A stretch of DNA of 63,899 nucleotides. It comes from Octopus bimaculoides. Lineage: Eukaryota. Made by a program: the position numbers and the translations under genes. Of this stretch, positions 53,996 to 63,899 are shown one piece after another. Positions within the stretch are counted from its first letter, which is position 1, and every line of letters begins with the position of its first letter. Location: positions 28,973,515 through 29,037,413 of the forward strand of contig NC_068989.1 in the NCBI RefSeq assembly GCF_001194135.2, read 5' to 3'. The notes under the pieces were generated by a model that saw nothing but the letters and a program-made list of their open reading frames with translations, searched no databases and had not been told where the DNA came from.

Positions 53996-55097
53996 TTATC
54001 AAACAAGTTCTAGTTATACAAATAGTATTACGGTGTTACTACACACTTCAAACAACAGTCAGATTTCTATCTAAATAAATGTGACATACCATAAAAAATA
54101 AATTAAAGGTTTATGATTAGATTATGTAAACCAATAACTGCTGGCTCAATTGCAGGCAGTTAACTGGTTTATCAACAAAATCTAACTGGAACAACTTGAA
54201 AAATTTTATGACAGTTGTTAAAAATGTCTTTCAGTAGCTCTATCTGTCTGTCTCTCTCAAACACTGGATTCCTCACACCTCACTCTTCTTCATTTGTTGC
54301 TTCTCCTTCTATCTAGCTTGTTCTCTCTCACCTTCCTTCCATGTCTCCTTTCAATGTCTTTGCTTTTTTCTTTTATTCCCCTTCTCTCTTATTAGTGATT
54401 ACTATTCTATCTATCTCAGTGTAGCCACATCTCTCTCACTCTGTCTCTTTTACTAACAATCTCTCACCAGCTCTCTCTCCGAAGTCTACTACCTCACCTC
54501 ATTTGCAAGCTAGATTCTCATTTCTCTAGCATATTACCCCTTCCCCTTTTGACAGTTACTGATGTTAATTTTAAACACACATACATGTACACAAACTTTG
54601 TATTTATTGATTATAAAATTATAAAAGTGTTTATAAGTGAGATGAGAAAGAAGGAAAGAAATAGCTAGTTTGATAGGGAAATATAAAGACAGACAAATGC
54701 ACACACATACCTCCATTTCAGAAAATTCCTGCTGGCCTTTTGGAATCTAAATGGCAGCACCACAGCCAGAAACCAATAGCCAAGGCTGAAGGGAGACAAT
54801 CGTTTACCTTTGTGGTGCTTTGGTGACTGCAAAATGGCAGCACAGCTGAAGATCGATGGACAATGGCGAAGGGAGATAATCACCTACGGTTTTACCCTTA
54901 AAAACAAGGCTTTTTTCCCTCCATATTTTAAAGAGGTCTCAGGCCAGCAGTGTTTGGGATCTGAAGATATGCTGTAAGGCTATGAGTGAGAAACCTAAGG
55001 TAACCCCATAAACCAGCCTACACCACTATAATATATAAATAGATAGACATGCAAACTGGCAGATAGACAGATAGATTAATAGATAAGTAAACATATA

Positions 55098-56250
55098 CGA
55101 GGTGGTATTAGAAAGTTCCTGGATTAGTTATGTTTAATAAAAAATAACTTATTTTCCTAAGTTTTAACACCATCTCCTTCAAAATAGTCACCTTGCACAG
55201 CAATACACTGGTCCCAGCATTCCTGTCACTTTTGGAATCCGGCCTGGGAGTCATTTTCTGCGATTCACACTGGATCTTGATAATGGTGTTAAAACAGTGA
55301 CCTTTGAGCTGCGTTTCTATCTTGGGGAAGAGATGGAAGTTTGCAGATGCTAAATTTGGCAAATAGGGTGGGTATGGAAGTGATGCCATGTTTTTGGCAA
55401 GAAACTCACAAGTCAAGAGAACTCAGTGATGGGGTGCATTGTCATCATGAAAAATTCAATTCTTCACGCGCCACAGATCCAGTCACTTTTGCTGAATGTC
55501 CTCAATCAAATGCTTTAGAATGTTGCAGGACTTTTGATTGCCAGACAAATTCTTGATATACAATATCGTGGATGTTAAAAGAAATGATGAGTAAGCTCTT
55601 GATTGAACTGCAGCTCTGTTGTGCCTTCTTCTATTGTGGAGATGAAGGGCTCTTCCACTGTGATGACTGCTGCTTCATCTCAAGATTGTACCCGTAGGCC
55701 CAACACTCATCCCCAGTGATAATTCTTGACATAAAGGATGGCTCATCAGCAGTATGCTAGCAGAGATCTTGACAGACTTCAAAGCAATGTTCTTTCTGCT
55801 CAGTAGTCAGCAGCAGGGGACAAGCTTGGCAGAGATATGCTGCATGTTCAATTCAGACATTAGGATTGTCTGCACGGAGCCATACAACAGACTAAGAATA
55901 TCAGCAATGCCATTGATTGTCCTCCGACAATCCTTATGCACAAGCTGATGAATTTTTCTCCACATTTCTGGGGGTGACACTTATGACAGGTCTTCCAGAT
56001 TGCTCAGAGACATTATTCTGCTTTTGAAGCACCCATACCACTCAAAACATTGTATATGACCCGTTACCTCATCACCGTAAGCTTGCTCAATGTCTGTGTA
56101 GCAGACTTCTAAAGTTTAATGCAAAATTTCATGTTGGCTCTTTGTTCCAACTTTCTGTCCATGACAAAATTACAGACTACAGCATACATGTGATGACAAA
56201 ATACAAATTTCACAACTTGCAAAGTAAACACGAGGATGTCACTCAGCACT
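55098..56250 (-). mobile_element. Mariner-type transposon, decayed, one TIR visible
   Basis: TA|cgaggtggtattagaaagttcc end; YPPYLPNLASANFHLFPKIETQLKG corresponds to HPPYSPDLAPSDF.LFP.LK..L.G of D,D34D mariners. Confidence 0.8.
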
Positions 56251-57119
56251 CCAAGATGCCAGGTAGTGATATTACACTGGCCGATGGATTAAGTCTACCA
56301 CTCATGTAGGCCATAGTGGGATTTGAACTCATAATGCAAGGAGCTAGAATGAATACCACAAGGCATCCAGCCTGACATTCTAAGAGTTCTGCCAATACAC
56401 TATCCTGGATTGGTACTTCTTTATCAACTATGAAAAAAGAAAAGTAAAATTGGCCTTGGCAGGATTTGAACTCGGCTCATTTTGGAACAAAAATTGCAAG
56501 CTACTTTATCTGATGCTCTAACAACCCAGCTGATTCATTGCCTAGTTAACTTTATGCTGATGACATAACTGCAATACAACTAGGGATAGTCAGATCATTG
56601 TTGATAAACAACCAGAGAGCATACAAGAAAATAATAGGATAATGTGATTTTTAATGAAAAGAGATTCCAAGCAAGAGGCATCATGTGACTCAACCACAGC
56701 CAGAAATACAAAGAGCGAACATGTAAGAGAAATGGCCCAAATGCTTAAGTGAAAACTGGAACCATATTGTAAGCATAGCTTTCTGTGTGTTTACCATCAC
56801 CACTCTACAAGACAGGTACTCCAACTTACTATTCCTTGACACTGTACATGCAAAGCTTCTTCTTCCCCAAGAAATCGCTTTGAAAAACAACCCTATTAGG
56901 TGGATTAATTCTGGAATAAAATGAAATACAACTTGGTATGTTGGAATAACGGAATAAAGGAAGAGAATGTTGTTGTTGATGGTGTAGTTGAACAATAAAA
57001 ATATAAACATGTTAGAAACAAGGCTGAACATTCATAGGAAACAAACAAACACACACACACACATACACAAAAACACAGAACAAAATACAAACACAGAATA
57101 TCAATGACAGCAAACCTAC

Positions 57120-57286
57120 TTGGATCTTTATCTATGTAATTAATATCTTCCTCATCTGAAGAGTAATTGTCATCCTCTTCATTATCGTCGTCCTGCTCAC
57201 TATCCCCATCGTCTCCTGGCAAATTGTCATAGTCAGGGTAGTAAGTGCCAGCTGGAAGATTCTCCTTGTCACTATCATTACCAGAA
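57120..57286 (-). CDS. PHACTR: PHACTR exon, acidic region preceding the RPEL triad
   Basis: ttgcag|SGNDSDKENLPAGTYYPDYDNLPGDDGDSEQDDDNEEDDNYSSDEEDINYIDKDP|gtaggt, 167 nt phase 2-1; an acidic tract and SDKEN motif are typical at this position in PHACTRs. Confidence 0.85.
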
Positions 57287-58156
57287 CTGCAACAATGGAC
57301 ACACACATATATAAGTTATACAATTATAGCATCATGTGTGTATAAAGGGAGGTGTGGATATGTGTGGAGATTAGGTGTATGTGTGTGTGGAGGTTAGATT
57401 ATGTTTAAGATTATTGGGAAGTGTGTGTGCACTTCCCAATAATCTTAAACATATGGCAATATGTAACCCTAAAGGTCTCAATTCTTTCTTAGTACACCAG
57501 AATCATTAATACATAGCCTTTCCATAAGCTTGATGAGATCACTGTGATGATATGTTTGATGTCTGAAATGGAATAACTTGATGACTAGTTTTCCTTGATT
57601 TAACAAAATTAAGGCACAAAACCATGATTAGCAATTAGGAAAATATCATTCAATTTAGTCTTTAAAAGAACATCTACAAAATGATAATAGTTATTATTGT
57701 AAACACAAGGTCTGAAGTTTAAAAGAGCAGGGCATGGTCAATTAAATCAACCCCAGTACTTGACTGGTACTTTGTTTCATCAACTCCAGAGGGATGAAAA
57801 GTAAAGTTGACTTCGATAGGATGTGAACTCAAACTATAATTCGAAGGAAACTGCAAAGCATTTTATCCAACTTTCTAACAATTCTGTTGATCCAATACCC
57901 TGAACATCGCCATCTTCAACATAGTAATGGCTTCAAATTTTGGCTCAAGACCAACAATTTTAAGGGGAGGGATAAGTTGATTATATCAACCCCAGTTCTT
58001 GAGTGGTACTTTCTTTTATCAACTCCAGAGGGAGGAAAGGTAAAGTTGATCTTGTTGAGATTTGAATTCTGGGTGTAAAAAATGAATACTACAAGGCATT
58101 TTGTTCAGTTTTCTTACAATTTTGCCAATCCACTGCAATAATAATAATAATAATAG

Positions 58157-58430
58157 AGAGGTGAAAATCAATAGAGGAATCTTCCAGGGGGATAGTGTAT
58201 CCCCACTGATCTTGGGAACAATACACATGCTGGGAAATAGTACAGAAAACAAAGTTGGGGTATGATTTAGGAAAAGGCTAGGGAAAACTGAACCACTTGC
58301 TATTCATAGACGACTTGAAGCTGTTCCACAAAAAGTAAGGCAGAACTGGATAGCCTAGTCCAGTCTGTGTGAGTTTCTTGAATGATATTAAGATGGAAGA
58401 AGGGGACTGATAAGTGTGGAAGACTGTTAC
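58157..58430 (+). mobile_element. R4/Dong-like non-LTR RT fragment
   Basis: RGIFQGDSVSPL and LNHLLFIDDLKLF...ELDSLVQ motifs. Confidence 0.6.
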
Positions 58431-60340
58431 AACTAACATCAGTGAAACTATGTAACTCTGTCATATGACAATGTTGTAAAAAGTTGTCATTATTTGGTAG
58501 AGAGCCAGCCTAAATTCTTTACTACACAAGCTAATTTGCTGTGCTAGCTTCTCAAGTTCATATTATCTTCAAACTAATAGGGAATGTATTTAAACATGAC
58601 TTTCATTTCCATTCAATTAGGCTTTGTGTAATAAAAAATATAAACTGAAATGTAGCTTAGATAGCAATAATACCTCTAGTTGGTTGTTGTTTGATAAATA
58701 TTATTCCAACTAGAATTGGTGGCTGTGAAATATATGTAGAAGTGTGTGATTTTAATAACAATATAAGCAGGGGAAGTATAAATACAAACAAAAGCTACAG
58801 AAACAATGTTTTAACAATAACAACATTTTCAAAGTGATGAAACCAAAAGCTTTCCAAGATTTCATGCATTTTTTTTAATACTGAGGGCATTAACACACAC
58901 ACACACACACATCTCTGAAGTCGATCATTAAAGTCCAACAACTGGCACTGATAGCATAACAGTCTTTTTCTTACAATCTGAGTGTTTACTGACCGGGCTC
59001 TTCTCCAACCTGAAGTCTTTAATTCACTAACTACTGAGTCAACAAAGAAACCACTACATGACTACTCAACTTGCTAGAAATATAGCTGCTAACTGAGCTA
59101 AAATGTTACTTATTGTTTCCAAAAAGGAAGGCCACATTAGACAATGACGTCCTAGATATACAAAAATATAGCATGGTCATGGTTGCAATATATTTGATCA
59201 TGGGTTTGCTCTGACACGGCTGATATGAGACTAAACTTCTGTATGCTCAGTAATACAGATACAGTTAAATACTTGCTAGCATAGAAATGCAGCAATGCAC
59301 AGCTATAAACTCAGTAATACACAAATACAGCAATGTTCAGTTAAATACTCAGCAATTCAGAACTATGTATTGATCTTAAAAAAAAGAAGACAACTTCAGG
59401 CCATCATTTTTATCTCTAAGCTGATAAAACTGATCATAGACAATCATGTCTTATAACGCCTTGAACCACTTTCCCCACTCAACAACCCAATCCCAACAAG
59501 GGTCCTTAAGTTATATTCTCTGAAGTTCTAAGTTTCTTTCAACCAATGAAGAAATCTTTATGCAGTCACTGGACTTGCTAAGAGTAGCAACTAAATCTTC
59601 CTTAACTCACATTTTACTATCTTAAAAGAAAAGTTTGATTAGATATTGTCCTAATTATACAAAAATGTAGGATGGCCATCGCTGGAATGCCTTTGATAAA
59701 AGTCTGCATGTGGGGGCTAAACAACAACCACAATGATGATCTAAATTTCCAACATCACACATTAATAATATTCTCTTGCTCTTAAGAATTCCATAGAAAA
59801 GTAACATCATTTATCCTTGATATCAATTAACAAAACAATCTAGTTTGTCTTCTTTAGGAAATTTGGTAAAACTGTTCATCTTTGAGCTCAATCATACATT
59901 ATGATATGGACTGGAATCTTTTTAAGAAGTTGCTCTATTGCACAACTAGTCTCAATGGTCCCTTTTCAATACCCTAAAGCACAGCCATGCCTTCTATATT
60001 AGCAACATATTCACCAACATCTTACAATTCAAAAACTATCATGAGCCAACTTTGCCTTTCTTTCATCTCCCTAAAATTACTGAAATAGTTCGCAATAATA
60101 TACTTACTAATACTCCTCTCTCAGTATCAATTATAAACTGGGCTTCATTTAGTTACCTGTACACCTCTTCTTGTATCAGTAATATACTGAATTTGATTCA
60201 GTTATCTATATCACTCTCCATGTACCACTAATATATTAGGGCCAATTCAATTCCCTGCATCTCTTTCTGTACCAGTAATATATTGAACTTGCTTCAGTTA
60301 TTTATATACATATAAAACACAAAGAAATATAACAACTTAC

Positions 60341-60809
60341 ACTTTAATCCTGAGTTTTGGTCGTGGAATCTTATTGGATGAATTGGACTGTGATGTATGA
60401 ATAGTTGTGGGTATTATCTGAACAGGCCTTTCACTGAAACCCACTTTTGATGGCAGGTGAGTATGTCGATGATGATGCTGCTGAAAGTGTTGATGTATTG
60501 CTAACGGGATTCCCACACTAGGGAGCTGATTGCAACGCGCTGTAGGAGACTGCAGAGTCGGGTCATTACCAAAATTCCTTTTCAGAGCACTTTTTTTGGG
60601 TATAAGATTCAAGTTGGGCTCACATGCTGGTATAGACTCAAATGTTTCTGCTCCTGTTAAATTATCATAGTCATCTGCTGATGGACTTTCGGCACTGTTT
60701 TCATCCCTGTCGTAGTCTTTTGGATGGCATCTAAAAATACCATGACCCTCATGTCTTTCATTGTCTTTCCGAGACCTCATATTGTTACGCTCATTTTGGC
60801 AGCTATCTC
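60341..60809 (-). CDS. PHACTR: PHACTR upstream coding exon (low-complexity region); the gene continues 5' beyond it
   Basis: tttacag acceptor (60810-60811), open for 469 nt (DSCQNERNNMRSRK...PKKSALKR...PKLRIK), gtaagt donor; phase 1-2 joins the next exon. Confidence 0.8.
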
Positions 60810-62409
60810 CTGTAAACAGTAAGGTGGTACATGTACAACATTTGAAACATTAATTATAACTGGTGTGTCTGTGTGTGTGAGAGAGAGGGAAACAGAGAGA
60901 CAGACAGGAAGACAGTAAAATAAGATAGTTTGAACGATGTACTTTTGATGGTAATGACAGGCATGTCTTTGACTATAAGCCTGCTTGATCAAGCTTGTTC
61001 TATTTTTTGGTAGTGCAAATAACAAGCAGTCACTCAACATGTAAGAAATAGCAGCCAAATCACTTTCAAATAAAAAAGAAAGAACACATTGGATAATGCA
61101 GCCCTATAAAATGTCTGAAGTCTGCAAGGGATATCTCAAAATACATTAGTTGCAACACAAATGCATATGATCATAGATTTGTCTGCCATATCAGGACTTG
61201 CATGGAGCCAAGCAGAAACTATTAATATCATTGGAGATGTTAAATTTGCTTAACTTTGAGTTAAACTTCAATCACTGATCAGATTACACAAAAAAGTTCT
61301 TCAGTGCTGTAGTTTTAAATTTAATGCTAGCTAGGTAATATTGTTTTAATATAATTCTAATTTAGCAGTATGGTCTTAATACAATACTTGGTGCCATAGT
61401 TTTAATATAATACTAACTTAATATTCCATGTGAAAGAAGAAAGTCATGCCACATTTTAAAAATATTCAAGTTTTGAAGGAAGTAATTTACTCAAAAAATG
61501 TTTGTCAGAAGTGATTAAAATGGACAGCTTCCCTAGCAGTTAACTAGAGTAGTATATGTGTGTGTGCGTGTGTTAGTATGTGTGTTGTTGATGATCTTCC
61601 AAAGATTAACAACAATAAACTGACTAACAGTTTGAGAATTACATATCAACGCCATCATTTAAAGTCCATGTTCCATACTGGCATGAGTTGGACAGTTTGA
61701 CAGGATCTGATAACTCCAAGTACTACAGTGTGAGTAGAAAGGACATCCAGCCATAGAAATCATGCTCTGGTTTGATTTCTATGGTTGGATGCCCTTCCTA
61801 ATGCCAACCACTTTACAGCATGTATCAGGTGCTTTTTCCATGCCTCAGCACTAGTGAGGTCACCATGCAACTAACAAAATCATGATTCCTGAACAGAATG
61901 ATCTTATGCTAAAAGATGAGGGTTAAAGCAAAAGGAGGGTCCAGAGCAGAACAGATTACTTGCTGTAGAGAGCCTGCATGGCAACTTAGATTTCAGAAGA
62001 AAGGGTGGGGTGTGAGTTTAGACCAATGCATGCGTGTTTTCAGCTTTTGTCTCTGGTCTGCAGGATTCTTTATGTGAAGTCATATGTTGAAACAAATTTT
62101 GTTATGTCTAGGGACAGTCATTATGCCAATATTATTAACACACACACACTGGTTCAATTCCACTTCTTTATTATTAGTTAATTGGTTAAATATCCAACTA
62201 ACTAATTGATTATTTGTTTAATTTGGTCATTCAAAGCTCTTTCATTGTTACTTGCAACCTTTACAATGACTTTTGACTTAGTCTGTTATGGAGGCCACTT
62301 TTGCTTGAGTTTTTGTTGCGTGCGTGTGCATGCCAGTGTACATGTGTGCTCGCATATGTATGTGTGTATATATGTATTCTGTATGTGTGCGTGCTTGTCT
62401 GTGTATGTA

Positions 62410-63641
62410 CAGGGATTGGACAAAATAATGGAAACACCTTAAAATTTCAAACAAATTCATCTTAATGGGGTAGGACTGCCTTTGGCAGTAATTACAGCTT
62501 GAATTCTATGAGATATGGACTTGTACAAAGTTTGAATTGTTTCCAGAGGAATTTTTGTCCATTCTTCAGTTAAACAGTCTCCAGTTCTTGTAGTGATGAT
62601 GGTGGAGGATATCAACTCCTTACTTGTTTTTCTAAAATGCACCATAAATGTTCAATAAAATTGAAATCTGGGGACTGTGGTGGCCAGATAAGATGTTCAA
62701 CTTCACTAGAATGTTCCTCGTGCCATTCAGTAACAATTTTAGCTGTGTGAATTGGTGCATTATCATCCTGAAAGATTGCGTTTCCCTCTGGAAACACTTC
62801 TGCAACCATAGGAGGAATTTGATCAGATAGTCTTCACTATTAATTCTGCCATGAAGAGAAACCATTGGGCAGGCAGATTTCCAAGTTATAGCTCCCCCAG
62901 ACCATCACAGATCCTCCTCCATGTATAAAAGTCTGCGTCAAATGCTTCTTTTGGCTGTCTCCACACATATACTTGGCCAGTGATCGGAAGAAAACATGGT
63001 AAAGGATGACTCGTCCAAGAAAATAACATTCTTCCACTGCTCTAGGGACCAATTCTGTAAGTTTTTACTCCACTCTAATTGCTTTGCAACATTTGCTTTT
63101 GAAAGTAGTGGTTTTTTTTAGTGCAGCCCTCCCGTGAAATCTGGCTTTGTGCAACTCTTGGTGAACAGTTTTTGTGGAAACTGGGTTCTCGGGGTGGTCA
63201 TTAAGCTCTGCAGTAACTTTGGGAGCTGTACTTTTGTGATCCTTTCTAATAATTCGTATAAGAGTCCAATGGTCCCTATCTGAAAATTTTGGTTTTCTTC
63301 CATTTTCTTTCGATGAGGAAGTTTTTCTTTCTTTCTCAAAGGCTGTCGTTACTTTCGAGACAGTACTTCATGATACACCAAACATTTCGGCTGTTACACT
63401 AGTGCCTGCCATACATGAATCAACAATTTGACCTCTTTGAAGATCCAATAGATTTGTCATTTTAATGAATTTTAATTACCTTTTTCTAATGATATCTGAA
63501 AAGAAATAGCAATTTTAGCAAAACAGAATAAGCAACACTAATAATAAATCAACAAGCATAAAAATAAACAAGCTTTTGATGGTTTTATAGATATTTCAAA
63601 ATTATGATGCTAGGTGTTTCCATTATTTTGTCCAACCCCTG
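62410..63641 (-). mobile_element. Second copy of the same Tc1 family, opposite orientation
   Basis: TA|cagggattggacaaaataatggaaacacct ... aggtgtttccattattttgtccaacccctg|TA; transposase with FQDDNAPIH and WPPQSPDFNFIEHLW. Confidence 0.93.
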
Positions 63642-63899
63642 TATGTGAGTGTACGTTTGCTTCCTTGTGCATGCATGCTTTAGTCTGTCTATGCACATGG
63701 GTTTGTGTGTATATGGATGTGCACCTGTTGTGTATGCATGTGTGGAGCGTGTGTGTGTATGGTCATGTGTTTCTGTCTTCTTGTGTATGTGTGTGCAGGT
63801 CCATACTACCTTCCTATGCATGTACGTACATACCAACCTATCTATCTTTCTACCTACTTACTTATCTATCTATCTATCTATCTACCTACCTACATAATT

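Noticed and set aside
57112-57117. Alternative donor AG|GTTTGC 4 nt downstream of the chosen donor
   Set aside because: Phase 2, incompatible with the phase-1 start of exon 50665-50812.
60120-60310. Degenerate ~50-60 bp tandem units next to the exon donor
   Set aside because: Too diverged to define a unit; no functional cue.
1-63899. CRISPR arrays, rRNA, operon-like prokaryotic systems
   Set aside because: None seen; the sequence is intron-rich eukaryotic DNA.

Overview
AT-rich animal genomic DNA, most likely an octopus (inferred from the repeat repertoire: tRNA-derived SINEs, (GAT)n-tailed RTE LINEs, dense TA/TACA microsatellites). There are five N gaps. Two convergent spliced genes can be reconstructed by hand. 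On +, the last two coding exons of a KDM4/JMJD2-like histone demethylase (end of the hybrid Tudor domain, stop at 5879-5881). On -, eight coding exons of a PHACTR (phosphatase and actin regulator) gene from 60809 to the stop at 11990-11992; all junctions are GT-AG and phase-compatible, and they give three RPEL repeats plus the PP1-binding C-terminus (...RFHRP*). Introns hold decayed mobile elements: an internally deleted Gypsy LTR element with a duplicated tRNA-Trp PBS, RTE LINEs, a HERO-like RLE retrotransposon, an R4/Dong-like fragment, a Penelope-like element, Helitron pieces, two oppositely oriented Tc1 copies, a mariner, a Sola-like transposon and many SINEs. The most unexplained pattern is eight long (about 95-300 bp arm), mutually unrelated local inverted repeats plus several short perfect hairpins, all intronic. 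They would form dsRNA in the pre-mRNAs of an animal group known for heavy A-to-I editing. Most ORFs in the supplied track are artefacts of gaps, microsatellites or repeats. Element family names come from motif recall, not database searches; repeat boundaries are approximate.
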